Positions 1 through 13,539 of a stretch of 64,000 nucleotides of DNA are shown piece by piece. The notes under the pieces are model-generated. The model did no database searches, was not told the origin of the DNA, and saw only the letters and a list, made by a program, of their open reading frames with translations. Numbering within the stretch: position 1 is the first letter of the stretch; the number at the start of each line of letters is the position of its first letter. The DNA comes from Eledone cirrhosa (lineage: Eukaryota): the NCBI GenBank assembly GCA_964016885.1, contig OZ024745.1:29202001-29266000 (forward strand). The letters are read 5' to 3'. The translations under genes and the position numbers were made by a program.

Positions 1-116
1 GCTTTTCATCCTTATGGGGTCAATAAGATAAAGTGCTAGTCACATACTGGGGTCGATTTAATCGACTTTTCCCCCTAAAATTGCTGGCCTTGTCTCTAAA
101 TCAGAAACCATTATTA

Positions 117-157
<41 letters not shown>

Positions 158-334
158 TCAGGTTTGATGCCAGTGATATCCCACTGTTGTTGGCTGTAGC
201 ATCGACTCATTCCAGCCAAGCTGCATGAACTGGTGACAACAGCAGCAACTACAGCAACAACTGCAGCAGAACACTGGCACATCATTATTACAGTTTACCT
301 ATTTCCTCAAAACCAGAGAAGAGAAGAAAAAAAC

Positions 335-346
335 ACATACTCACAT

Positions 347-387
<41 letters not shown>

Positions 388-1237
388 AACATACACTCCT
401 GTAAGCATGTACATACATGCATACTTATTTGTACTCTTGCGCATACATATGCACACGTATACATACAAATGTATGCACACATGTACATACATACTTACAA
501 ATATATGCACATATATACATACAAATGTGTGCTCACATATACATACATATATGCATACAAATGTGCTCACACGTGTACATACATACAAATATATGTACAC
601 ATACGTACATATATACATTCAAATGTGTGCACACATATATATATAGACACAAACTGAAAAGAGAATGAATGGATGGATGAAAGGAAGATAATGGTTGAAA
701 ATGGTTTATTTATATCACAATGTTAACCCTTTCCATTCTCGCCACACACTAAAACGCTCCATATTCCACTCCCACCCCGCTACACCCTGGAGACAAATCC
801 ACGGATGGCTGTCAATTTCATTGCCTTCCAAGACCAGGTTTTCACATATGTGTGAGGAGGACATTTACACACACACAAATATGTATGTATAAACGTGTGT
901 GTTCATCATCATTGTTTAAGGTCTGTTTTCCATGCTGACATGGGTGGGTTAAGTTGTCTGAAAATATGACAAACTGTCAAACTCATGCCAGCATGAAAAA
1001 CAGACCTAAAACGATGATGTTCTCACACACACACACACACTCACACACATATACGTTGTCTATGTATGTGTGTATACATATATATGCATATGTATATCTG
1101 TATATATATAATGTGTATGTGTGTGTGTATATACATATGTGTATATATGTATATATACATATATATGTATATGTATATATATATATATGTCTATATATAT
1201 GTATGTATATATATATATATATATATGTGTATGTATG

Positions 1238-1289
<52 letters not shown>

Positions 1290-1345
1290 CATATATACAT
1301 ATAGATATACACACATACACACTCACACATGTATATATACATATT
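335..1345. repeat. (TA)n/(TACA)n/(CA)n microsatellite tracts
   Basis: Read directly. They generate the Y/I/C/V-rich ORFs. Many similar (TA)n tracts occur across the window. Confidence 0.95.
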
Positions 1346-2099
1346 TCAAAACAGATCAACTTATTTTGCATCAAGATAAGAAGATCGATGTTAGAGCTGT
1401 TGTTCGAAGGACAAGTTTTGAACAGTTTGCCATCTCATTCTCTCACTCTCCATTCCTTCACTCTCTATCCCTCTCTCTTCCTGCTGCTACCCTTGTTTTA
1501 CTTTATCCACCCCTTTCGTCCTTTGCACCACCACCACCACTACTACCACCTCCCCTCTCTCTGTTATATAACTAAATGGTTGCTTGATCTGAAAGTTGGA
1601 TATGCTAGGCTGTAAGTTATGTCCCAACTGTTGTGTTAATTGTACGATAAGTCACAGCTCATGTGTTGGCTCAGAGTAATATATATATATATATCTATAT
1701 CTATCTATCTATCTATATATATATTACAACTGTTGTGTTAACATTTCAACACATGTTGACCAACAAAAGATATGTCACAACTGTTAAGATCTTCATTAAA
1801 CAATAAATTAAATTTTTGCATCAATCATCAGAAATATGTGATTGTGGTATTTACCTGGAGTTGTTTGTTGTTTATATACCTGTATATAGGTTTACCTGGC
1901 CTGGAAGTAGGCCTGTTACAAGGCTTTCAGTCATGCCAAATAGAAATCTATTATCACGCAATACTTCATGGCAAGCAAAGTAACTAAAGAAGATAAATGT
2001 GGTTTTGGTATTTTCCTGGTGTTGTATATAGATTTGTATATATAAACTGAGTGGTTTGTTTCTTAATGTTATGGGTCACTTGCCCAGGCATCTGCACGT

Positions 2100-3170
2100 C
2101 AGGTATAACAATTCCAGGCTGCAACAATCAACGTTGGCTCAATGAAAGGTAGATCTGGAAAGATTGTTGTGATACTTGAATGTGCGACTTGTAGATGTAT
2201 ATTGTGTGATGTGAGATGGAGTGGAGGCTTGGTTAGACTCCTCACAAGGGGGGAACTTAGGTACAACTTCTGTATAGGGATAAACGATGGTGTGGGTGGT
2301 ATATGCATACTGCTGTCAGAAAAATGGGGTAGATAAGGTAACTGTTAGTCAAAGTATGTAATAGGATAATTAAGCTTACATTAATCTTGAATAATAGAGG
2401 CGGTGAATTGGCTGAGCCGTTAAAGCATTGGATAAAATGCATTGTTGTATTTTTCTGATTCTGTACTCTGAGTTCGAATCCTGCTGAAGTCAACTTTGAA
2501 TTTCATCGCTTTGAAGTCGATAAAAAATAATGCACTAGTCCTCTATATCTTTTTCTAACTCCGTCTCTATCATTCTCTCCTTCTCTGGAAGAAGTCTACC
2601 GTATTTAGACCTGGAGAAGGAATGGCCTCAGCCAGCTATAAATGCTCAAGAAACACTATGTCACTATGGCACATTATGACTCCACCAAGAGTTATGGGTT
2701 AAAGAGAAGAGAAGTCTTGAACACTACAAGTGTGAGCATCATCTCACAGGACTACTGGGCTTGCAGATGAAAGGAAGGATGAAGTCTTCTTGTCAACTAC
2801 CTCAATATCAAAGATTGACTACATTATCTTAACTAGTGCTTTTAATGGGCATATTGGGCAGCCCCAAGAGGTATTCCAAGAGTTGCACGGATGTTATGGA
2901 CTTGGTGTGTTAAATGCCAGATTGACTTTGCTCTCACCAGGAATAATTATAAATGCTAAGTCTTTCTCTCGAGAAGAATGGTACACCCAACATAGGTTAG
3001 TGGTTAGTGACTTAATAGTATGAGCTAGACACTCACACAAACCTAAAATGGTCTGGAAATGAAGGATATGGGAACTTAGAGATATCAAATAGCCAAAGGT
3101 TGAGATATATTAGAGGAAGCCCTTTGCAAAATGGAAGAGGAGTTAGAATTCTTGCTGAGGAGATGGCAAT
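2100..3170 (+). mobile_element. Decayed RTE-clade LINE endonuclease region, interrupted by a SINE (2398-2540)
   Basis: TINVGSMKGRSG, VRWSG, GVGGI.ILLSEKW, FNGHIG, HGCYGLG, QHRLVVSD. Confidence 0.75.
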
Positions 3171-3349
3171 TTATTTAGTGCTAGTGTTATGACAAAATGT
3201 TCCCTCACCAATCTCGGAAGCCCTGACGTAAACAAAAAAATAAAATAGAAATGTCTTGTTACATAACCAAATATAACATTCTTCTCAAGGGAAATAACTG
3301 AGTAAGTGTGGATACAAGGGAGATAACTAAGCATTATTGATCTATTCTT

Positions 3350-3743
3350 GGTGGTGGATTGGCAGTATCGGTAGAGGGTCGGACGCCATGCTTTCCAGCA
3401 TAGTTACGTCCCTTTACGATCTGAGTTCAAATCCCGCCGAGGTTGACTTTGCCTTTCATCCTTACGGGGTCGATAAAATAAAGTACCAGTAATGCACTGG
3501 GTAATTGCTGGCCTTGTGCCTAAAGTAGAAACAATTATTGATCTATTCTTTAAGGGCGGTGGATTGGCAGTATCGATAGAGGGTCGGACGCCATGCTTTC
3601 CAGCATAGTTACGTCCCTTTACGATCTGAGTTCAAATCCCGCCGAGGTTGACTTTGCCTTTCATCCTTACGGGGTCGATAAAATAAAGTACCAGTAATGC
3701 ACTGGTATTTGCTGGCCTTGTGCCTAAAGTAGAAACAATTATT
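3350..3743 (+). mobile_element. tRNA-derived SINE family A, head-to-tail dimer
   Basis: A box TGGCAGTATCGG, B box GAGTTCAAATCC, central GCCTTTCATCCTTACGGGGTCGATAAAATAAAGTACCAG (resembles the Meta-type SINE domain). ATTATTGATCTATTCTT occurs before, between and after the copies. Confidence 0.85.
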
Positions 3744-4174
3744 GATCTATTCTTTGCAAGGCTTTTACCACAAATAAAATTGCTACATCACGGCGGATTC
3801 TCCGTCGGTTTCAATGTCGAGCATTAGCTGTTGACTTGTGAATCAACATGTAGGTGGTCGAGTAGTCCACAGACAGGTACCCTTAATGTAATTCTCGTAG
3901 ACTCAGTATGATAGAATTTCCGACAAGGTCAGTGTTTTGAGTGACAGATACAGTCGTTCCGAAGGGCTTCTTTGTCTTTTACATTTCACTCACAGGGGTT
4001 GTCTGGAATACCATGAAATGGATTCAAACCCAGGACTTAATAATTATGAAGCGAACTTCTTAACCACACAGCTAAGTCTGCACCTATGCTTAATTACAAA
4101 ATTAAGATAAATACCACATACAACGACATGACAAACATATAGTCAATTAATTACTGCTAGGGATCTTTTAAATA

Positions 4175-4362
4175 TAATTGTTTCTACTTTTGGCACAAGG
4201 CCAGCAATAACCGAGTGCATTACTGGTACTATATTTTATCGACCCCTTAAGGATGAAAGGCAAAGTTAACCTCAGCGGGATTTGAACTCAGATCATAAAG
4301 GGCCGTAACTCTTTGCTGCAAAGCATGGCGTCCGACCCTCTACCGATACTGCCAATCCACCG
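4175..4362 (-). mobile_element. SINE family A
   Basis: Reverse complement of 3350-3540. Further partial or diverged copies at about 1-157, 2398-2540, 6682-6810, 6975-7105, 12125-12255, 20925-21085, 24040-24195, 29925-30075, 33245-33330, 45810-45900 and 53320-53450. Confidence 0.85.
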
Positions 4363-5426
4363 CTCGTTTACACAAAAAATATGTAATCAAAGCGAAAAAA
4401 GAAAAATACCGGCACTACAACGGAATTGGCTGTCAGAAGTGAAAGTAGAAGAAAGTGACGTCAATCGTCAACCTTCGTTTATTTCCGTATCACCACGCGT
4501 TTATTAGAAAACAAATGAAGTTCATGGGGCCGACACTACCGACTATCTTAAAAAAAAAAAAAAAAAATTTAACGCGGGTAACTACAAGATAACCTTGTTT
4601 TGTAATACTGGCAGAAATTGAAATATTTAAAAATCTCTATATAATTTCCTTTTTATCACGTCCGAAGCAGTAACGCTTCGAATATTTCAATAAATATTAA
4701 CCAGTTACTCCCGTTTTCCTTCTTTGTAGTAGAGGGTATAAGATTTGCCTGCTATTTCTAGCAACTTCAATGAACACAATTGGTTTGTAATTTTGTTTTA
4801 AAGTGTAAGGGTTTACACAGCCATTTATGAATTTCTAAGAGATACGTTTACGATGAGATACACTTATTAAAAAATACTTTCATTGCATAGTTCCGTTCGT
4901 AAAGGCTTTAATTTACTGTACTACTCGGGAACCTTTTAATAACATACAGGATTAAGTCCATGTTTTTTCAACCAATTAATGGTATCTGCTGTAGTAGCGG
5001 TAGCGATGGAAATATCGCAATGATTAATTCCACGCTGGGGTATAATGTAAAATTCATATTTTTCAAGTTGCAAATACGTGTATTATCCCAAAGTGAAAAA
5101 CCAAGTTTTGCATCAACGTGGTGATTTCAAAGTTTATTTATTTTACACATGGTGGTGGTGGGGAACAAATCGAATACGCTAACACTAAGTGCGACAATCG
5201 GCCACAGACCATACGGGTCATTGGAATTTTTTGACGCAAGCCAACACGCTCGCAGCATTATCGCGGGTGATAGCGAGGCTAAGGCGCTGAAACTACTAGA
5301 CATCTTCACAGGCATCACCTGACATATCGGTTAGGCGAGCCGCTAACGACAAGTACTTCGCTGTCAGCGGTCAAGTTCCCTCAAATGTCTCGAACGCCAT
5401 ATTGATAATTCTAAGTATTGATATAA

Positions 5427-5590
5427 TAATTGTTTCTATATTTGGCACAAGGCCAGCAATTATTCAAGTGTATTACTGGTATTTTATCGACCCCTCGGCG
5501 GGATTTGAACTCAGACCATAAAGGGACGTAACTCTTTGCTGCAAAGTATGGCATCCGACCCTCTACCGATACCGCTAATCAACCGCCCTT
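5427..5590 (-). mobile_element. SINE family A with 19-bp TSD
   Basis: TAAGTATTGATATAATAAT at 5412-5430 and 5590-5608. Confidence 0.85.
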
Positions 5591-7712
5591 AAGTATTGAT
5601 ATAATAATGACACATTAAAAATATTTGATAGTTGTAGTTGTGCCTCTGTGGGTTCTGATGATGAGTGTTTCAGTTGTTTAAACAACAGAACAGCCTGCTT
5701 GTGAAATTACCGTGTCGTTGACTGAGCATAACAGACACGCGTAACCTTATAATTCCCAAAGAGATTCTGCACAACTCAGTGTGTGACAAGGCTGGCCTTT
5801 TGAATTTCAGGTGCAATTAATTTTTACCACCTGAACAGACTGGTGCAACATGAATAAAGTGTTTTGCTCAAAGATACAATGTACCGCCGAAAATCGTACG
5901 CTGACTAAGTCATGCGCCTTCGGTCATTACACCATTAATTGTAGTTAAATACAACTAATTAATGAGATTATTGTGAGACATACCGGGAATATTAAATAGG
6001 AGTTATTTAATTTAAACATCCGCATTGAGCTCGTAAGCTATGTCAGACTAGGGGAGATATCTAGTACCCCTCACAGTTATAAAACAAAAAAACATGAGAG
6101 ACATAAAAAAGCGATGGCTAACAAGAAGCATAAATAAGAAAAAAGGGCAGCTATAAAACAGCTAAAAATTTGCGTAGTTCAATCCTTTTGTAAATTCTGT
6201 GTACTGAAAGATCTTGTTTATATATTGTGCTCACAATCTTGATAATTTTTTAATGATCAGTTAATAGAAAAAATATATTTGTTGTTTAGCCACGGGTAAG
6301 TCCTGATCAAATGTTAAAAGCAAAAAAAAACAAAAAAAAAAACAACTTTAAATAGGAAATCAAGTGTTTTCAATTTTCTTTTTCTTCTTATATCTTAGAC
6401 ATATTTCCACTGTTTTAAATAAATTACCAGGTACAACTAATTCTTTTCCCAGCTGATTGAACTGGAAAAAATCGAAGTAAAGTATTTTGTTCAAAGACAA
6501 TGCGCCGTCGGGAATCAAACTCGCGACTTTAAGGATGCTCAGTCACTTGCCCGTTAATTCCCCGAGCTGGCATTCCTTTGGTCGGAGGTCTAATGCGTGC
6601 ACACACACAATTCTCGACGGTGCGTTGTGTTTTTGAACACACACACACTAACGATATATCATTCTAATCACTCTCAATTCATGGCGGTGTATTGGCAGAG
6701 TCGTTAGAAAGTCGGAGAGAAGGCTCTATGAGTTCAAATCCCGCCGAGGTTAACTTTGCCTTTCATCCTTTCGAAGTCGATAAATTAAGTACCAGTCCAG
6801 TACTGGGATTGATTCTCTCTCTCCCCCTAACTTGGAAGATATCGTCTGTGTTCAGAGTTGGAGAGAGGTTCTCCGCAAGGTTTTAAAATGCCCAAGAAAC
6901 GTCGTGTGTAACTCTGGCGCCCTGCGATATCAGGAGTTACACACACATTTACTAATACTCATTGAATATTTACTAATTTAGGCACAAGGCTAACACATTT
7001 TTGGCAGATGAGAGGGCTTTGACTATTCAATCGATTAACCCCCCCCCCCTTCAGTATTTGACTGGTACTATATTTTATCGACCCAGGAAGAATGAAATGC
7101 AAAGTATTTAACGATTTCTTTATCAAAGCGAAGTATTTAATGTCCATCTCTAAATTTAAAGGAAAGGGAAAGTCGATTATATCGACGCCAGTATTTGATT
7201 GGCATTTTATTTCATCGACCCCTGAAGTAAGTCAAATAAATGATGTGACACTGTGTGTACAGTAATGCCAAATCTATAATCCATAGTAAAATTAGAAAAG
7301 GGTAAAGAGCCCCTTCGGTCTGTCACGAATGACCATGGGCTTTGGTCCTAAAAAGTTCCCCTCTGAGGCAAAAGCCCGGACAAGGTGCTTTGCAGAAAAC
7401 CACTAGTCGCAAATGCATACAAGTCTCCCTTTCCACGCAACATATGTTATGTAAGGCTGTGATGTCGTAACTCATTTCTACAGTTGAGTAAACTGGAGCA
7501 ACTTGAAATAAAGTGTCTTGCTTAAGAACATAACACATCGCCAAGTTCAAGAATCGAACTCACAATCTTATGATGGTGAGTACACCGCTTTAACCACTAA
7601 GACACGGGCCTTCACTTGTAAGAACAACAAATAAATAAATAAAAATTAAAATAAAAAAAATTAGATAAAAGAAATAAAAAGAAATAGAACAAAAACATTG
7701 TAAAAATTTCAT

Positions 7713-7760
7713 GTCACGTGTAGAATATTTACACCGGAAGTAAAAATCATCACTTCCGGT
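7713..7760 (+). promoter_or_regulatory. Probable PLD6 proximal promoter: E-box plus two inverted ETS sites
   Basis: GTCACGTG (7713-7720), CCGGAAGT (7734-7741) and ACTTCCGG (7752-7759), 20-70 bp upstream of the ATG in CpG-poor DNA. Confidence 0.6.
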
Positions 7761-7781
7761 TATATTACTAACAACAAGAAG

Positions 7782-8199
7782 ATGGCTATTGTAAATTCGT
7801 CTTTTTATTTTGGAGTTTTAACTGGGACAATAATTTACCTGTATTTAATTAGACAGGTGAGAATTAAAGAGAAGAGGAGGAAGAAGGAAGAATCATTGGG
7901 CAGTAAAGTGTTATTTTTTCCTGATAAGAAAATAGCCTGTAAATCTCATTTTGTGGACGAATCTGGTTGTACCAGCTTTCCCTGTCATTATTCTCATACA
8001 CCAACATCTTTAAGTTTTCTCTTCCAATTATTATGTTCAGCTCGCAGATCGATAGATGTGTGTGTCTACATCGTCTCATGTCATGATCTGGTCGATATTC
8101 TCATGAAATTAAACAAAATGGGAGTCACTGTTCGGGTGATTACTGATGGCGAGTTTGAAGATGTTAATAATTCGTGGATTTGGAAACTTCGTAGTCAAG
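7782..8199 (+). CDS. PLD6: PLD6 / MitoPLD / Zucchini homolog, exon 1
   Basis: N-terminal hydrophobic anchor plus basic stretch, VLFFP, CCCH-type zinc site (CKSH..GC..PC.YSH), ARRSIDVCVY, GVTVRVITD. Donor CAAG|GTAATG at 8199/8200, phase 1. Confidence 0.93.
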
Positions 8200-10284
8200 G
8201 TAATGTTATTGATTGATGGTACTCGTGTTGTTAATGGTGATGTGGATGATGCTACCATTGTTGATGTTAGTGATGCTGATATTGTTTACTGTGTGTTTTC
8301 TTTTACCGTTTTAGTCATTAAAATGCAGCCATGCTTGACTTAGTCAATCATATCGATCCCAGTTATTATTTTTCCAAGTTTGGTAGTTATTTTAGCGATC
8401 TCTTAGTCGATACTACTAAGTTATGTGACATAAATACACAAGGCCACTTAGGTTGTATCAACTTTCTACGTGTTAAAATGTTAGTCTTTGCTAAGTTTAC
8501 GTTTAGGCCTTTCTTTCAATACCATGTTTTTCTTCCATGTCAGGAATTTTGCCTTTAGTTCTTCAAACTCAATAAAAAGGACTAACTCCCCCCCCCCCCC
8601 TCTCTCTATATATATATATAGAGAGAGAGATAGATACACATATATATACGTTTATGTATTTTGCAAGATTCTGAAATCGTGTGTTGAAATTACTATTGCC
8701 ATATTTGGGAGTTGGTCATTTTGCCAACAACACACAGACACGTAACTATCACTTCAGCTTCTACCACGTTTCACGTGCAAGGTATTAGTTAACTCGAGAC
8801 TAATGTAGACGATACATGAAGTGCTATGTAGTGGGACTGAACCAAGAACCGCGTGGCTGTGAAGCGATCTCCTTCATCACCAGTCATACAAATTATAAAA
8901 TGTTTTGAATTGCCTCCATCTCTTCTTTTTATGCGTATATATTATATGTATTTGTGTTTTTTGTTCTGTAAGCATTATATTATTTTATAGAACTAAATAT
9001 TTATTTTTAAAAAAAAATCAGATAGAAGAAAAAAAGAAGACATACAGCCTTAGTTACTGGATATGGCCAACAAATTGAAACTGAAAAATAGCTATTTTAT
9101 TTTACTAAATTTTAAATAGGATTTTATTATCATATAACAAATATATACGATTTAATAGAAGTACAAACATATAATCAATTAATTATTGTTAGTTACCTTA
9201 TAAATATAACACACAAAAATATATAAACCAAGTAAAAAAAAAAAAACATCAATTCAACACTCAGTCAACATTACCAAATTGAAAATAATATATTTGTGTT
9301 CTTTAGTAGACATCTTTCCTCCATATGCATGGAAAAAAGTTATGTCCCGTGGATGTTGCAATATTTCCGTTTACTAATAAAGCATTTTGATTTTATTATG
9401 TATGGCAATTGTGCCTTAAGTGAAATTGTTGCGATATTTGTCCCAAACGTGTAAAGTTTTATATATGGTTAGTGACCGACTGTCTTGATCAAAGCAATAC
9501 TAAGATTTTAACATTTTGTATAATATAGTATGATACCTTCATCAATAGCAGACACAGATTAGATCACACGTATAGATAATTAAACAGCTGAAGAGAAATC
9601 CACTCTTAGTCTTGTCACTGGTTATAAAAGGTTATACATTTGGGACATCCACACATTTACAGATACTTCATTCGGGTTATAATCAACCTACATAATACCT
9701 GATTGATCTGTATTGGTTTCAGTTACTAGACTGTCGTCGTGCTGGAGCATTGCTTTTATTTAGTTGACCATATCAATCTACTTATTTTTCATATTTTATA
9801 CTTGTTTTTTTGTCAAACTGTTAAATTGAACCCATGACATTATGATCATAAGTCCAACACTCTAACTACTAGGCCAGGTAGACTTTAAAAAAAATAGAAG
9901 TCTTTTAGTCAACTCTTTGATACATCAAACATTGGATAATATGTTTTGCTAAAATTGTTTTGACATTAAATATCTTTCAAGCTTTGTTAGGAAAATTATT
10001 TTAAAAAATAAAAATTTGAAAGTTATTTATCCCATTTCTAACAAAGTATACTAAATATGTGTTGGTTATTATCATCATCATGTGCAGGAGTAGTCAACAG
10101 TAAGAAATAAACTTTCTCAAATGTTCAGAAAGTTCATCGGTAGTAATAGAAAGCTTTTGCTATCAAAGTGATCTCAATAGCAGTAGAAGTGGATGTACTG
10201 AAAGTGTTATAGCCAGAGTGAGAACAGTGAAGACATTCAAGGAACTGCTGGCACCTGAAATTTATTATTCTCTTCTAATTACAG

Positions 10285-10583
10285 GTATTCGAGTAAGAAC
10301 AGACAAGACCCCATTCTTGATGCATCATAAGTTTGTCATCATTGACTTCAAAGTGGTTTGTAGTGGTTCCTTCAACTGGACATCGGATGCAATAACTGTC
10401 AACCATGAACATTTGACCATCATCACAGATACCTTTGTCATTACAAAATACTCAGAGGAGTTTACCAAACTCTGGAACTATTTTCAACCTGAATCCATTC
10501 CATCATTAAACACAGTAGATTTCTCAGACATTCAAAAAATTAGATCAAAGACAAAATATGATTTTAACATGATGTGGTCTTAA
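10285..10583 (+). CDS. PLD6: PLD6 / MitoPLD / Zucchini homolog, exon 2 (single HKD motif); spliced product about 238 aa
   Basis: Acceptor ttctaattacag|GT joins exon 1 in frame (G+GT=Gly). MHHKFVIID....SGSFNWT is the PLD HxKxxxxD/GSxN signature. Stop TAA ends at 10583. Confidence 0.93.
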
Positions 10584-11194
10584 CTCTTTCATTGCCATAT
10601 TTCTAATGAAATACACTGTCTATAATTTTCAAATGATTTTGAAAATAACGAAGAATTTGGAGGGATTTAGTAATACATCAAACTTTCTCATTATTAAAAT
10701 GGTTTTTAGAACATAACATTACAAAAGTTCTTACATGGAATTAAACAGCTTAGTATTGTAAAATCAAGGGTGGTATCCAGCAGTTTGGTACCAAAAGGGT
10801 TAAAGTTTCTATGGGGCAACCTGCTTCAGGCTACTGAGGAGATCGTTGGCTAGAGCAAGGTACCAGTCTGACAAAAGGGGACTTGGTGGTGAAACAGTAC
10901 TGTAGACTGAGTCATTACAGCTAAAAGACGGACATGGAAAGAAGTAAAGAAGCTGAACATTTATTTGGCATGAGGATCAATGTGTCAGGATGTTGTTTGG
11001 GAGATGTGTTCAAACGACTCTGCCTGATACTACATATGCTACAATACAAAACTGTTTCTTTTAAATTGTTAATATCTAAAGACCTACCATAATTGTTAAG
11101 TTATGTTCCAAACAGTTGCATTACTAAATCTATCCAAGTTCATGATTGTTTTCCAAATGATTTAAAAACGACAGGCAGTGCATTTTATTAGAAA

Positions 11195-11389
11195 TACAAG
11201 GGTCAGCTGAAAAGTTCTACCAAGATATTCTCATCGAATTACCAAATGAGGTTTATTTTTCAACATAATCCCTGGAAAGAAACAATGTAGTTATTAATAA
11301 GAAGAGTTGAAATTAATGCATACAAGATTTCACAGCTTTAACATCACTCCTTCATAGTCAGCCTATGAACTTTTCAGTTGACCCTCGTA
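11195..11389. mobile_element. Mariner-type MITE
   Basis: TIRs TA-CAAGGGTCAGCTGAAAAGTTC / GAACTTTTCAGTTGACCCTCG-TA with TA at both ends. Confidence 0.75.
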
Positions 11390-13539
11390 TTGTAACAAAT
11401 TGGTTAATCTTTTGCAGTTAAACAATCTCTACCTTTGTCTTTCATTTCAGTCTTTCTGATATTCAGGAAAATCATCCTTTTATCATTGAAACTATTTTTT
11501 TTATAATAAATTATTTTTAAAGAAACAATATTTGTTAAATAATCCATATTGTTTTAATGATGTTTAGCTACAGGTTAGCTCTGGTCAAACAGATTATAAT
11601 AAACGCTATCTAGCTATGATTACTCTGTCTTTTTCCAGCTATAATATTTGTTTAATCAATTTAAACGTTCGTATAGAGCTAGTAAGCCATGATAGAGTAA
11701 CAGAGGTATCCTAGTACCTGTTACAGTTTGGAAACAAAAACAAGAGAGCGACAGAGTGATAAAAAAGAAGGCCAATGAAATGTAAAAAAACAAGGGCAGC
11801 TATAGTATATTTAGGACTACATAACACAATGTGACTGCATGTGTCTGTTCTTTTTTTTTCTTTTAAGGATGTTAACCCCTCCTCTCTAATAACTGCTACT
11901 CATTTTCAGGTAAGTGAACTGAAAGCCACGTGAGATGAAGTGCATTTTCCGAAGACGGGAGGCGTCATTCTGTCTGGGAATCGATGTTATGTCTGGCCAC
12001 TTAAGCAATAGTTTAATGAGTCGCCTGTTCAGTTGTTTGAATAATTGGAATATTCGTCGTTGGAACTGATCGAGGTTCAACACACAAACATACTTAATAT
12101 GAACATAACATTAATTATTCTACGTTCCTTTACGGACTGAGTTCAAATCCTGCCGAGGTCAACTTTGCCTTTCATCCTTACGGGGTCGATAAAATAAAGT
12201 AAATGTAATGCACTGGGTAATTGCTGGCCTTGTGTCATAAGTAGAAACAATTAATTATTCAAGACTAAAATCAAAGGGAAATAAACACTGTTGAACAATG
12301 ATAAAATCAACTTAAAGGCAAGGGAGATAAGTCATATCAATAACTAAAAACTCATGCAACATTAATTAACCCCGAGATTATTCATTAAAGGTTGGATTAT
12401 ATACGCTGGAAATTTCCGATGTGTTTGAACCACAAGAAAATTAGAATTCTGCAAGTAATATACTTGAATCATTAAGTAAAGTGTTATTTGTTGAATATTT
12501 GATTTCATTTTTCGTAAGAATTTTCTTTAAATAAAACATTTCAAAAGGGGATATACCATTACAAACTGTCTCTTTGAAGGAAGAGTTATAAGAAACGTTA
12601 TTTTCAAAACAGTGTTTGGGGAAAGAGAATACCTTGATGTCTGGCAGGGATGGATAGGTACACAGGTTCTCACCTGACTCACTTTTAGCTCTGGGACATT
12701 TTTCAACCCTAATAACTGCTTTTGGTGGCAGGCTAAACTTAGTGAGGAACTGGATGCTTGAAGAGAAGCTAAGCATTTCTAAGGTTCACAGAAATTCCAT
12801 GATGGGCCCAGACTGGAATGTTTTGAGTAGTACCCAGGTGAAAACCAACCTACCTGTCCACCTCTAAATGATTGGTGTAGGACTAGCAGATGGTTGACAG
12901 TTTTATCACTGACTTGTATGTAATTCACAGCAATTGTTTAAACTTTGAACAACGATGTTCAGCTATAACTGTTTCTGTCATTTGGACTGGGTTTTGTTTT
13001 TGTTTGTTGTAAATGAGTTGGTGCTGGAAAAGATAGGAACAGAGAGGCAATTGGTTGTGACTATAAAGAAGTGAAAACTTCAATACTTTGGCCATGTCAT
13101 CAGAACCTCTGCACACACATCCTGGAGGGATCCATCAATGGTGGAATGATGACATCAGGGATTGGATGGGAAGAAGACTGGCAGAGTGCAGTCATGGCGG
13201 GGACGAGGAGCCTGTGGAGAGTAGTGGTGCAATTGTCCTTGGTCCCTGACACTCAATAATGAGGATGGGAAATGAAGAAGAAGAAAGAAATCACAATAAG
13301 TGTAGGGAGTTAAGTGATGAAATTCAGGATAAGTTTACCTTGACACCGACAGCAGGGTCACTTGATACTATTCTACAAATGATTGGTGATGTCCGGACAT
13401 TGGTGGAATTTCAATCAATTGGCCATATTGATGATGTATTTCTTCTGTGATGGAAGATAAGTTATTTCTCAAGTGTATTTTATCTGGTTGAATGTTTCCT
13501 GATAGATGGAGAGAAGCAACATCCACATTTTTCATCCCA

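Noticed and set aside
161-228. Possible terminal exon after TTTCAG (FDASDIPLLLAVASTHSSQAA* or LMPVISHCCWL*)
   Set aside because: Too short, no recognisable domain, and the upstream context is outside the window.
288-1615. Y/I/C/V/M-rich ORFs here and at 16.6, 24.7, 28-29 kb
   Set aside because: Translations of (TA)n/(TG)n microsatellites, open in several frames on both strands.
9470-9550. Hammerhead-like remnants on the minus strand (also about 15228-15280, 38885-38935, 52330-52358)
   Set aside because: Core nucleotides are mutated or helices are missing. Cannot be separated from chance by eye.
10218-10284. N-terminal extension of the 10218..10583 ORF
   Set aside because: Intronic: it lies upstream of the acceptor at 10284/10285.
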